A stretch of 64,000 bases of DNA from an uncultured Bacteroidales bacterium (lineage in GTDB: Bacteria > Bacteroidota > Bacteroidia > Bacteroidales > UBA7960). The stretch is from the NCBI GenBank assembly GCA_964463915.1, contig CAYXEH010000006.1, positions 8,490 through 72,489 on the forward strand, in the 5' to 3' direction. The notes below the pieces were generated by a model that saw only the letters and a program-made list of their open reading frames with translations, was not told the origin of the DNA and did no database searches. Shown piece after piece: positions 1-8,970 of the stretch (its first letter is position 1; each line of letters opens with the position of its first letter). A program made the position numbers and the translations under genes.

Positions 1-1116
1 CGGGCTTCCCACAATGACAGATATTCCGTTACCTGCAAGAATCCCGAGAAGAATCCCCACTACCCCGCCAATCTGGCAAATTAAGATGGCCTCAGAAAGG
101 AACTGCTGCCTGATCACGGTTCTGCTTGCCCCCAATGCCTTACGAATGCCGATTTCCTGGGTTCTTTCGGTCACTGATACGAGCATAATATTCATCAGAC
201 CGATCGCCGCCCCGGCCAGGGTGATCATCCCTATAATAGTGGCAGCCAGCGTCACAAAACTGATATTTTCAATCAGTGCCTGGGCAATATTGTCACTTTT
301 ATTGATATCGAAACTGTCGGGCTCACCAAAACGGACTCCCCGGATAACCCTGAACAAACCAATAGCCTCATCAATGGCCTCATCAAGCACCTCAATGTCA
401 TAGGTACTCACATTGATGGTATAATTCATATTGGGTTGTGAGAAATGCTGCCTGACCGTCATATATGGCATCACGGTATTCAGGTCTCCCGAAAACCCGA
501 ATCCTGTCCCCTGTTGTTCCAGTATGCCGATTACCTGGTAGGGCATATTGGCTATGGAGACAGAAGCCCCCAGAGGATCAGCGTCTCCCGGAAACAGCGT
601 ATTTGCCACATCATGTCCGAGTAAAACCACATTTGCACCATACTGCAGTTCAGTAGGTGAGAAATTACGCCCTTTTGCCAGTTCAGCACCTGAAGTGACC
701 AGGTAATTGTCATCACTGCCAATCACCTGTATGTTCGGGTTGGTTTCTTCCGATCGATAGCGGGCAGTAGCAGAACCTGTACCTGTCACGCGCAGGGAAA
801 CCCAGGCAGGAAATTCAAATTCCTGTTTAAAGGCAATCGCCTCGTTATAGTTGATCCGCGGATATACCTGCCCGGCTCCGCCTCCCATCTGCACCTGCAT
901 GCTTCTGTTCTGGATGGAAAAGCTGTTGGCTCCCAGCCGCGCAAAGTTGTCTGTAATGGAGAGTTGTATGGAATCAATGGCAGTCAGGATTCCAACCAAA
1001 GCCATGATTCCTATGGCAATAATCAATACTGTCAGCAGGGCACGCAACAGGTGTGCCCGGATAGACTCAAGGGCTACCCGAATATTTTCAATAATTACTA
1101 TGGTAAGTTGTCGCAT
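1..1116 (-). CDS. ABC transporter permease, FtsX/MacB-like (partial; the C-terminus runs off the left edge)
   Basis: Hand translation of the minus strand from the ATG at 1116..1114 gives MRQLTIVIIENIRVALESIRAHLLRALLTVLIIAIGIMALVG. It continues to ...MLVSVTERTQEIGIRKALGASRTVIRQQFLSEAILICQIGG. That is an N-terminal TM helix, a large periplasmic loop, and the FtsX-domain TERT.EIGIRKALGA hallmark. It is absent from the ORF track because no stop lies within the window. Confidence 0.8.
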   Translation of the reverse strand, partial: MRQLTIVIIENIRVALESIRAHLLRALLTVLIIAIGIMALVGILTAIDSIQLSITDNFARLGANSFSIQNRSMQVQMGGGAGQVYPRINYNEAIAFKQEFEFPAWVSLRVTGTGSATARYRSEETNPNIQVIGSDDNYLVTSGAELAKGRNFSPTELQYGANVVLLGHDVANTLFPGDADPLGASVSIANMPYQVIGILEQQGTGFGFSGDLNTVMPYMTVRQHFSQPNMNYTINVSTYDIEVLDEAIDEAIGLFRVIRGVRFGEPDSFDINKSDNIAQALIENISFVTLAATIIGMITLAGAAIGLMNIMLVSVTERTQEIGIRKALGASRTVIRQQFLSEAILICQIGGVVGILLGILAGNGISVIVGSP

Positions 1117-1131
1117 TGCCAATGTGCTTAA

Positions 1132-1788
1132 TTACAGCTTACTGCCAAAAGCAAGATCGCCGGCGTCGCCCAATCCCGGAACAATATATGCCTTGGCTGT
1201 CAGTTCATCATCTACCGCACCGAGCCAGAGGGTGTATTCGTCATTGGGCATGTTTTTTCTAACATACTCAACTCCCTGGTTGCTGGCCAGAATGGAAACA
1301 ATGTGGGTATGTAAGGGCTCCCCCTTGCTCATCAGTTCTTTGTAACTCAATATCATGGAAGCTCCTGTGGCCAGCATCGGGTCACTGATAATTAATACCT
1401 TTTCGGATAACGGAGGACCGGAAACATATTCAACCTGGATATCAAACCGGCCATCCTTCCGGTGTTTGCGGTACGCAGAAATAAAGGCATTCTCTGCGCC
1501 ATCATACAAATTGAGTAACCCCTGGTGCATAGGAAGACCGGCCCTGAGAATGGTTGCAATGACAGGTTGTTCGGAAAGGACCTCACATGAAGCCACTCCC
1601 AGGCTTGTGATTACCTCTTTCTTTTTCCATTCCAGTTTCTTGCTGATCTCATAAGCAAAAATCTCACCGGCGCGCTCCATATTTTTCCGAAACCGGAGGC
1701 TGTCCTTTTGAATTTCAGCGTCCCGCATTTCAGCAATATACTGGCTCAACAGGGAGGAAGTATCTCCCAAAACTCGGATTCTAGGCAT
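1132..1788 (-). CDS. upp: uracil phosphoribosyltransferase
   Basis: This is track ORF 1132..1830. It carries the PRPP-binding motif VLIISDPMLATGAS and the C-terminal YIVPGLGDAGDLAFG. I place the start at Met15 (cat at 1786..1788), 4 nt after the upstream stop. Confidence 0.9.
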   Translation of the reverse strand: MPRIRVLGDTSSLLSQYIAEMRDAEIQKDSLRFRKNMERAGEIFAYEISKKLEWKKKEVITSLGVASCEVLSEQPVIATILRAGLPMHQGLLNLYDGAENAFISAYRKHRKDGRFDIQVEYVSGPPLSEKVLIISDPMLATGASMILSYKELMSKGEPLHTHIVSILASNQGVEYVRKNMPNDEYTLWLGAVDDELTAKAYIVPGLGDAGDLAFGSKL

Positions 1789-2743
1789 TTTTCTGTCTTT
1801 TACAACGGTTCTTAATCCAACGGTAGCCATCCAGCATAGATTCCAAAGGGATTGGCATTTTATTCATAATGATACGCAAAAATACACATTCTTCTGATCC
1901 AAACCCACGATAAAAGCGGGCAAGGCCCGGATCAACCGAGCCTTCAAAATCAAGCACCAGCTCTTTGCCGGCATGTTCCTGAATAAAATGATCAATCAAC
2001 AGGCTCATCGCCCCATTATTCCTGGCCTCCGGAGTGCTTCCTGAAAAAAGCAACACCACTTTATGATGGCTTTTAAAAAACACGATGCCGGCACAAAGAT
2101 TATTGGTAGAAGAATAAGCAAATCGTAAGCAGACCATGTTTTTGTGCATACCGGCATAAATCAGATGTTTGAGTACCCCGTAGTCCTTCCCGGCAAAAGG
2201 CACTCCCTGTTTGCCCCTGTTCTGGCGGAAAGCCCGGATAATATCTTCGGGTCGCCCGGCATTGGTGACAAACACTTTCTTTGCACGTGCTTTTTTGATA
2301 TTGCGCCGCGTATTTGCCGAGTATCTTTTCTCCAGGTGAGCATATGGAGAGATCAGATCCAGTTCGTGGGTAATACCTTTCCCCCTGAGTAAAGGATGCT
2401 GGTCAGACAGGAGATTGTAGGTATTCAGGTTGAAATCCGCAAACCGGAATTCCCCGGGAATGGCCTCCAGGAACCGTTCAGTAACCCCTTCATTCAACCT
2501 GTATGTACTGAAAACGCCAAGCTGCTGAATAAAAAACGGCTGGTAAATATATTTTATGCTGAGTTTTTTCCGGAATGGGAGGGGCATTACTGCGCAGTAA
2601 TCATCTTCTACCAATGCATCCCAGTTGTCTGATGTCATATCCAGGTACCAGGAGTATGCATAAAACATTCCGTTCACAGAATGGTCAATGCAATGATCCC
2701 ATTTCGAAAAATCAATGTTATCGTGTCTGATGTAATGGATCAT
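1781..2743 (-). CDS. FemAB-like / GNAT-fold (Acetyltransf_6-type) protein
   Basis: 320-aa ORF. Its overall pattern (two-lobed, about 320 aa, LVLDFEGS near the C-terminus) resembles FemAB/BioF2-like acyl/aminoacyl transferases. The family assignment is by eye only. Confidence 0.5.
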   Translation of the reverse strand: MIHYIRHDNIDFSKWDHCIDHSVNGMFYAYSWYLDMTSDNWDALVEDDYCAVMPLPFRKKLSIKYIYQPFFIQQLGVFSTYRLNEGVTERFLEAIPGEFRFADFNLNTYNLLSDQHPLLRGKGITHELDLISPYAHLEKRYSANTRRNIKKARAKKVFVTNAGRPEDIIRAFRQNRGKQGVPFAGKDYGVLKHLIYAGMHKNMVCLRFAYSSTNNLCAGIVFFKSHHKVVLLFSGSTPEARNNGAMSLLIDHFIQEHAGKELVLDFEGSVDPGLARFYRGFGSEECVFLRIIMNKMPIPLESMLDGYRWIKNRCKRQKNA

Positions 2744-4073
2744 AGCTTTCTTTATGTTTCAGGGATGCAAGACGAAACATCTCTTCATAGACCTTATCCC
2801 ATCCCTGCCAGTCATCCCGCCCTGACAATGAATCGTTGTGCCACAAACTGACAAACATCCCGCCCACCTGCACTGTTTCATCGAGCAGTTTTTTGATCAC
2901 CTCAAGGGCTTTGCCGGGAGAAAGCTGCAGGTAGTCGCGTAGCGTACCGTCCATCACGGCAAAGGGAACAATGGTCAGCGGAGTGACACTTTCACTTTCC
3001 AGGTCATAGAAGGGATAAGGTGTACAGATACTCGCTCTGAATCCGGGCTGACTCGCATATCCCATGGTAAAATCATGGGTAATATTATTTCGCAACAGGC
3101 GCTGATAAGTGGCCGGAAGATCCATCATCAGATAATGCTGCCTGCTATAGCATATTTCCTGCTGTAAAATATTGGACAGTCTGGATAACTCATGCTCCAG
3201 CAATGATTCTTCCCTGGTGGAGGCCACGCTCGGATGAATGCCGGTACGACCATAATCGTTCATCTTTTTAACCAGGGAAAAGAAGGCCCCTGAATAGAAA
3301 GGTATGTTTTTGTCATAGGGCCCGAAGTCACCACAGAGAAAAAAGTACACCGCCCGGATGCCACTCTGCTTATATAATGCTATCTGGCGGTCATAAGTAT
3401 CAAAAGGGTCTTTTTCCTTTCCGGCCAACACGCGAAAACGTTCAGCAAGAGAAGAAAAATCAAGTCTCAGCGCTGACCGCAAAACACCCAGTAAGGTACG
3501 CATAATGCCCCTGCCTCTATAGGCATATGCCACATCAATGTCATAGGTGGGCAAAAAAGTGAAGGAAGGCTCATTAAACCTGCAGGCAGGATATAATTCC
3601 TGCAATTTCCCTTTAAGCAAAGATGCATACTGGTTCACCAGGGGCTTGTCCAAAAAATTATTCCTGTAGGCAAAGGACGAAGTGGCATCAAAACGCCAGT
3701 GGATATCTTTTTTGTGTGGAAGGTATTCCTCATAACGGCTAACCAGGTAAAAAACGGCAGCAAACAGATCGAAATCAAGACCCTGTATTTCTGTATCAGC
3801 ACGTCCGGGAAACAATAAAGGAAGAACTTTGCTGTGGCGAATCTCCGGTACAAAAAAATGTACTCCTCTTTCTGATAAAAACCCATGGGCCGGAATATGC
3901 AAACCTTCCAGCCCCACTTTCTCCCGGCTATAAATGATCTTCGGCCCTTTATGCGCATCCGCCACTTCCTTATCATCGGTAAGCTGCCATTTGCACCTGA
4001 GCAAATGGCCCATAACCAACCGGGTCACATATTCAATTCTGCTGGTTATCCGGGGAGAAAAAACCACTATCAT
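2718..4073 (-). CDS. polysaccharide deacetylase-like (CE4-type fold) protein
   Basis: 451-aa ORF with YDIDVAY, GIHPS and SRQHYL motif spacing typical of the deacetylase-like family. It overlaps the downstream FemAB-like gene by 26 nt, which suggests coupling. Confidence 0.5.
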   Translation of the reverse strand: MIVVFSPRITSRIEYVTRLVMGHLLRCKWQLTDDKEVADAHKGPKIIYSREKVGLEGLHIPAHGFLSERGVHFFVPEIRHSKVLPLLFPGRADTEIQGLDFDLFAAVFYLVSRYEEYLPHKKDIHWRFDATSSFAYRNNFLDKPLVNQYASLLKGKLQELYPACRFNEPSFTFLPTYDIDVAYAYRGRGIMRTLLGVLRSALRLDFSSLAERFRVLAGKEKDPFDTYDRQIALYKQSGIRAVYFFLCGDFGPYDKNIPFYSGAFFSLVKKMNDYGRTGIHPSVASTREESLLEHELSRLSNILQQEICYSRQHYLMMDLPATYQRLLRNNITHDFTMGYASQPGFRASICTPYPFYDLESESVTPLTIVPFAVMDGTLRDYLQLSPGKALEVIKKLLDETVQVGGMFVSLWHNDSLSGRDDWQGWDKVYEEMFRLASLKHKESYDPLHQTR

Positions 4074-4163
4074 GCGCGCGGAATTAAAAATCTGAAGGTA
4101 AAGGTAAAAGTAAATTTACACATACCCCCGGAAATTCTGCCCTGTCGTCTCCCTGCGCTGTCT

Positions 4164-4883
4164 TTAAAGAAGTCCCTCATCGGCAAAGCTGAAATACTGC
4201 TCATGGGCCACGATCAGGTGATCAAGTACGGGTAAATCCAGAAAAGCCCCTGCCTCTTTGCATTGACGGGTAATGCGTTGATCGTTCGGGCTGGGTTTCA
4301 GCTGCCCGCTGGGATGGTTGTGGCAAAGAATGATCCCGCTGGCGTTCTGCTCCAGCGCAAGCCTGAAAATTTTTTTCGGATCAGCCACCGTACCCGCCAC
4401 ACTGCCTTCACTTATGCAAATGGTACGCTGCACCCTGTTGCCCCGGTTCAGCACCATGATCCAGAACTCCTCACATGAAAGATCGGCGATCAGCGGGTGC
4501 ATGATCTCAAAGGCATCCCGGCTGCAACTGATTCTCGTTTTCGCCAGACCCTCCGAAAGCCGGCGTCGCCTTCCCAGTTCCATCACGGCAATGATATTAC
4601 TGGCTTTGGCTTCACCAATGCCCCGGAAACGCAATAAATCAGGGATTTCAAGTTTGCCCAGTTCGGCCAGGTTATTGGAAACACTTCCCAGAATCATTTT
4701 TGATAACTCTACCGCTGATACTCTGGCTGTGCCGGAACCAATGACGATGGCAAGTAATTCTGCATCCGAAAGGGCTTTCCTGCTTTTGGTCAATAATTTT
4801 TCCCTGGGGCGGTCATCTTCCGCCCAACTTTTGATCCCTGCGAGGGAAACTAACGGATAAGGTTGTTTTGTTTCATGTTGCAT
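4164..4883 (-). CDS. radC: RadC-family JAB/MPN domain protein
   Basis: An N-terminal helix-hairpin-helix region (LSDAELLAIVIGSG) is followed by the JAMM motif ILCHNHPSG. Confidence 0.9.
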   Translation of the reverse strand: MQHETKQPYPLVSLAGIKSWAEDDRPREKLLTKSRKALSDAELLAIVIGSGTARVSAVELSKMILGSVSNNLAELGKLEIPDLLRFRGIGEAKASNIIAVMELGRRRRLSEGLAKTRISCSRDAFEIMHPLIADLSCEEFWIMVLNRGNRVQRTICISEGSVAGTVADPKKIFRLALEQNASGIILCHNHPSGQLKPSPNDQRITRQCKEAGAFLDLPVLDHLIVAHEQYFSFADEGLL

Positions 4884-4928
4884 CCTATATTTTTTAAGAC
4901 CGGCTCAATATAGGAAGCAATCAGGTAT

Positions 4929-4960
4929 AAAAAAAGGACCTTTCCGGTGAAAGGTCCTTT
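4929..4960 (-). terminator. intrinsic terminator after tRNA-Glu copy 1
   Basis: On the minus strand the stem is GGACCTTTC, the loop ACCG, and the return stem GAAAGGTCC, followed by a 7-T run (plus-strand A run 4929..4935). Confidence 0.8.
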
Positions 4961-4963
4961 TGG

Positions 4964-5035
4964 TAGCCCGTAGGGGATTCGAACCCCTGTTACCAGGATG
5001 AAAACCTGGCGTCCTAACCCCTAGACGAACGGGCC
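4964..5035 (-). tRNA. tRNA-Glu (UUC), copy 1
   Basis: The reverse complement is GGCCCGTTCGTCTAGGGGTTAGGACGCCAGGTTTTCATCCTGGTAACAGGGGTTCGAATCCCCTACGGGCTA. It folds as a cloverleaf with anticodon loop TTTTCAT and a GGTTCGAAT T-loop. CCA is encoded at 4961..4963. Confidence 0.9.
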
Positions 5036-5098
5036 GTAAACACGTGGCGGGAATATGCATTTTTCTACAAATCCACAAAGAACCGCCACCCGGAATAT

Positions 5099-5353
5099 CT
5101 ATTGCAAATTGTTCACGTGACGCGTCAGCTTGCCTTTCAGATTGGCCGCTTTGTTCTTATGAATCACGGATTTCTTTGCCAGACGGTCAATCATAGAGAT
5201 CACACGGGGCAAGCTTTTTTCTGCCTCGGACTTACTCTCCATGCCACGAATTTTTCTAACCGCTGTGCGTGTGCTTTTGGCATAATACCTGTTCCTCAAT
5301 TTTTTTGCATTGTCGGAACGGACTCTTTTCTTCGCTGATTTATGGTTTGCCAT
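5099..5353 (-). CDS. rpsT: 30S ribosomal protein S20
   Basis: 84-aa basic protein beginning MANHKSAKKRVRSDNAKKLRNRYYAKSTRTAVRK, a typical S20 N-terminus. Confidence 0.95.
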   Translation of the reverse strand: MANHKSAKKRVRSDNAKKLRNRYYAKSTRTAVRKIRGMESKSEAEKSLPRVISMIDRLAKKSVIHKNKAANLKGKLTRHVNNLQ

Positions 5354-5393
5354 AATGCCTCGTTAAAATGATTTCTTTGTAAAATCTGGTTTG

Positions 5394-5465
5394 TAGCCCG
5401 TAGGGGATTCGAACCCCTGTTACCAGGATGAAAACCTGGCGTCCTAACCCCTAGACGAACGGGCC
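5394..5465 (-). tRNA. tRNA-Glu (UUC), copy 2
   Basis: 72 nt identical to 4964..5035. Here the 3' flank reads ACAA, so CCA is not encoded. Confidence 0.9.
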
Positions 5466-5516
5466 ATGAACTTGTTCTCAACTTTTCCGGGGAAAATGTC
5501 CCGTCGAAAAGGAGTG

Positions 5517-5547
5517 CAAATGTATAACTATTTTCCAAATCCACAAA
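5517..5547 (-). promoter_or_regulatory. candidate Bacteroidetes-type promoter for the tRNA-Glu/rpsT/tRNA-Glu unit
   Basis: The minus strand reads TTTG, then 19 nt, then TACATTTG. This matches the Bacteroides -33 TTTG / -7 TAnnTTTG consensus and lies about 45 nt upstream of tRNA copy 2. Confidence 0.45.
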
Positions 5548-5809
5548 ATTGTTGTGGATTTTTTAGGGGTACCCTCCTTTGAAATATTCAGTCGGGCAAA
5601 TTGCCTGCAATAATACCAAAAAAAGCTGACAAACCCTGACCGGCAGGCTGATCATGGAGCCTGATAATGAATAAGAAAATTCAAACTTTTTCAGCCAACT
5701 ATACGCACAACCCATATTGTTTGATAGTTTTTTATATATTTGTAGCGTACAATAACGGCTACAATCATTCTAACCCATTAAAAGATTAACCAATACAAAA
5801 CAAGCACTT

Positions 5810-7531
5810 ATGAAAAACATTAACTTTAAGCTTTTAGCTGTAGTATTGATTACTGCGGGACTCTTCGCCAGCTGCGGGCTAAACAAGATGGCAAGAAACT
5901 ATGACGAAGGGGTTCGCTATACCCCTGAAACCAACCCCCTGGAGAACCATGGCGGGCAGGTTGCCATAGATGTTGACGGACGGGTTGGTGAAGACTATTT
6001 TCACCGCAATGCCGTGGTGGAACTTACCCCGGTGCTGAAATATCAGGACACCGAAACGGAGTTGGAAACTGTCACACTGCGCGGAAGCAGAACAACCACG
6101 ACAGGAACCATGGTCGATCGTGACCGGACCACCAGCTTCGACATGAACAACGTGGTGGATTACCATTCTGACATGCTTAACTCGGAACTGTACATACGCG
6201 CCAAACTTTATCGTGAAGGACGTGAAGACAGGGCCAGGGAACTTCCCGAGAGAAAAGTGGCAGATGGCGTGATCATGACAGCCCAAAGGATCAAAAAGGA
6301 TCACGAAGGGTCACTGGCACCCCACGAGTATGAGGAAGAAGTGATTATCTCCAAATCAGCAGACATTTACTTCGCCTACATGCGCCATAACCTCAACTGG
6401 CGTCTTGATCTCAATAGTGCCGATGAAGCTCAGGAGAAGATCGAAGACCTTACGGAATTTATTCAGAGAGGCTGGGAACTCAAAGCTGTTGACGTAGATG
6501 CATGGGCTTCTCCTGAAGGTGAAGTTGCCTATAACGAAGAACTTTCAGAAGATCGTGCAGAAACCGGTGAGGAATACATTACCGACCTTTTTGAGGACAA
6601 AGAAGTAGAAATGCCCGAACCCACAGTTGAAGCAAAAGGCGAAGACTTTGACGGATTCATGGTGAAACTGGATGCTTCCGACCTGCCCGACAAACAGGCG
6701 ATTGCCAATGTGATTAATTCCCAGATCGAGCCTGCAGAACGTGAAAGGAGAATCAAGGACATGACGCTGATCTATGAAGAGATTGAAGAATTACTCGAAC
6801 CCCTGCGTCGTGCTGAGATCACTGTACATGCCTATGAACCTAAGCTGACACGTGAAGAGATCTCAGGTCTTGCCCTGAGCGACCCTTCCCAGCTTGATGA
6901 GAAAGAACTGCTTTTTGCTGCCACACTCACTGACAACCCACAAAACAAACTGGCCATTTACCGCTCAGCCCAGGAGCTTTTCCCGAGAAGTTACAAGGGA
7001 TTCAACAATGCTGCAGTGATTCTGCTTGAGCAGGGTGATGCGGAACAAGCCGCGGAATACCTTGAAAGGGCCAATCAACTTGCCCCGGGCAACGGTCACG
7101 TTCAAAATAACATGGGCATCATAGCTGCATGGGAATATGACGATGAAAACGCCATGTCCATGTTCGAAGCAGCCAAAGCACAGGGCATTGATGCTGACTA
7201 CAACATTGGGGTAACCCAGATCAGAGAAGGGGACTATCAGGCTGCCCTGAATTCATTCTCCGGACACACCTGCAAATTTAATGTAGCACTGGCCCAGCTT
7301 ATGGCAGGAAATGAATCCCAGGCCGTAAATACCCTGAACTGTGCACCTGAATGCGCCCAGGTTGCTTACCTGAAGGCCGTAATTGCTGCAAGGAATAACG
7401 ATGCAACGGCACTGTATGAAAACCTGCGCCGCTCCATTGAACTCAATCCTGACATGGCGCAAACTGCCATCAATGATCTCGAATTTATGGACTTCTTCGG
7501 ACAAAGTGAATTCCAGAGCATTGTTCAGTAA
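5810..7531 (+). CDS. lipoprotein with an OmpA-like domain and C-terminal TPR repeats
   Basis: It has a lipobox (LFASCG). An OmpA-C-like signature is present (AWASPEGEVAYNEELSEDRA). TPR-like helices occur in the last ~200 aa (GDAEQAAEYLERANQLAPGNGHVQNNMG). Confidence 0.55.
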   Translation: MKNINFKLLAVVLITAGLFASCGLNKMARNYDEGVRYTPETNPLENHGGQVAIDVDGRVGEDYFHRNAVVELTPVLKYQDTETELETVTLRGSRTTTTGTMVDRDRTTSFDMNNVVDYHSDMLNSELYIRAKLYREGREDRARELPERKVADGVIMTAQRIKKDHEGSLAPHEYEEEVIISKSADIYFAYMRHNLNWRLDLNSADEAQEKIEDLTEFIQRGWELKAVDVDAWASPEGEVAYNEELSEDRAETGEEYITDLFEDKEVEMPEPTVEAKGEDFDGFMVKLDASDLPDKQAIANVINSQIEPAERERRIKDMTLIYEEIEELLEPLRRAEITVHAYEPKLTREEISGLALSDPSQLDEKELLFAATLTDNPQNKLAIYRSAQELFPRSYKGFNNAAVILLEQGDAEQAAEYLERANQLAPGNGHVQNNMGIIAAWEYDDENAMSMFEAAKAQGIDADYNIGVTQIREGDYQAALNSFSGHTCKFNVALAQLMAGNESQAVNTLNCAPECAQVAYLKAVIAARNNDATALYENLRRSIELNPDMAQTAINDLEFMDFFGQSEFQSIVQ

Positions 7532-7562
7532 TCACAGTTCTTAGAATACCCAACGAATAAAA

Positions 7563-7594
7563 AACGCCCTGGTTCGAACCAGGGCGTTTTTTTT
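7563..7594 (+). terminator. intrinsic terminator
   Basis: AACGCCCTGG, loop TTCGAA, CCAGGGCGTT, followed by T8. Confidence 0.85.
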
Positions 7595-7666
7595 ACAGCC
7601 GGGAAAAAGCGTGAGCCGGCAATCTATCTTGCCAGTATGCTATCTCTATGCAATCTCTTGTTACAG

Positions 7667-8305
7667 TCAGGGAAGCAGCTTCACAGAACTCATCCCCGCG
7701 GGATAGTCCTGGTTAATGGCCCTCAGCACCTTCTCAAGATGTGAAGGATAGGCCACAAAGTCAATGGCATTCACGTCCAGCACCAGGATTCGCAAACCCG
7801 GCTGTTGTTTCAGGTAATTAAAATAGCTGTTTTGGATCTTTTCAAGGTATTCATCCGAAATCTGCTGTTCATAGGAACGCCCCCTGGAACGAATATTCTG
7901 CTGAAGCCGGCTGGTAGACACGTAAAGGTGCACCAGCAGTTCAGGCCGGGGCACATTGGCATTCATAATATTGAATAGCGTCATGAATAACTGGTACTCA
8001 TCTTCGCCCAGGGTCTTGCGTGCAAAAATCAATGATTTATTTAAAAAGTAATCAGAGATTGTAAAATCAGAAAAAAGGTCCTGGCTGGACAGTTCTTTTT
8101 GCAACTGCTTATATCTTTCGGCCAGGAATGATAGCTCCAGGGGAAAGGCATATTTTTCCTGATTCTCATAAAACTTTCTCAGAAAAGGGTTTTCCTCGAA
8201 TTGTTCAAGGATCAGCTTCCCGTTATAGAGGGATGCAATTCTCGTGGCGAGGGTGGTTTTGCCGGCCCCGATATTCCCTTCAATTGCAATGTAATTATAT
8301 CGCAT
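7667..8305 (-). CDS. deoxynucleoside kinase
   Basis: P-loop IAIEGNIGAGKTTLA and a dNK-type ERS-like region. The start is taken at Met18 of the track ORF (cat at 8303..8305), 19 nt after the folK stop. Confidence 0.85.
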   Translation of the reverse strand: MRYNYIAIEGNIGAGKTTLATRIASLYNGKLILEQFEENPFLRKFYENQEKYAFPLELSFLAERYKQLQKELSSQDLFSDFTISDYFLNKSLIFARKTLGEDEYQLFMTLFNIMNANVPRPELLVHLYVSTSRLQQNIRSRGRSYEQQISDEYLEKIQNSYFNYLKQQPGLRILVLDVNAIDFVAYPSHLEKVLRAINQDYPAGMSSVKLLP

Positions 8306-8324
8306 TTCAATATGGATTAAATGG

Positions 8325-8840
8325 TCAGAGGGTCGAAGCGGCGTCCGGGGAACCACTTATTTTAGTTACGGCGGAATTGTCCCTGCAGCTTTCCAGCAAT
8401 TCACTTACCGTTTGTTTCAAACGCGGATGTGTCAGCCCCGGATCAATCTCATGAAGGGGGATCAGGGTAAATTTTCTGAGATGCAATCGGGGGTGAGGAA
8501 TGGTCAATTCCGGGGAGTCCATTACAAGGTCATCGTAAAACAGAATATCAAGATCAATCACCCTGGACAGCACTTTTCCGGCTTGTCTTTCCCTGCCCAG
8601 CTGTTTTTCGATGGCCTGCAGGTTCCGGAGCAAATCACCGGGCGACATCGGGGTTTTCACCAAAACAACCTTATTCAGAAAATCGGGTTTGTTTGGGTCC
8701 ATTCCCCAGGGTTCACTTTTGTAAAGCGCACTCTCCCTGACAGGAAATATCCCAACTTCCTGCATCCTTGAAAAAGCCAGGGAAAACGCCCGCTGAACAT
8801 CTCCCTGATTGCCACCAAATAACAGATATACCCTATGCAT
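8325..8840 (-). CDS. folK: 2-amino-4-hydroxy-6-hydroxymethyldihydropteridine diphosphokinase
   Basis: Begins YLLFGGNQGD and contains RVIDLDILFY and IPHPRLHLRKFTL, typical HPPK motifs. Confidence 0.9.
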   Translation of the reverse strand: MHRVYLLFGGNQGDVQRAFSLAFSRMQEVGIFPVRESALYKSEPWGMDPNKPDFLNKVVLVKTPMSPGDLLRNLQAIEKQLGRERQAGKVLSRVIDLDILFYDDLVMDSPELTIPHPRLHLRKFTLIPLHEIDPGLTHPRLKQTVSELLESCRDNSAVTKISGSPDAASTL

Positions 8841-8970
8841 GACTTTAATATATAAACCCGGACAAAATTGAACAAAAAAAATGGCTTATCAAAATTTAGA
8901 TAATTCCTATCTTTACCCAATAAATGTTTTATCCAAACCTCAATTTATTGCCATTTAAATAGACCACGCC

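Noticed and set aside
14-1345. Plus-strand track ORFs 14..403 (129 aa), 465..656 and 851..1345 (164 aa)
   Set aside because: These are antisense shadows of the FtsX/MacB-type permease, which I translated on the minus strand (1..1116), and of upp. Their sequences are low-complexity and carry no motifs.
5537-5566. Hairpin AAATCCACAA-AATTG-TTGTGGATTT + T6 as a plus-strand terminator
   Set aside because: It is structurally a textbook terminator, but no plus-strand gene lies upstream of it. It overlaps the -33 box of the tRNA/rpsT promoter. I noted it under the tRNA finding instead of calling it a terminator.
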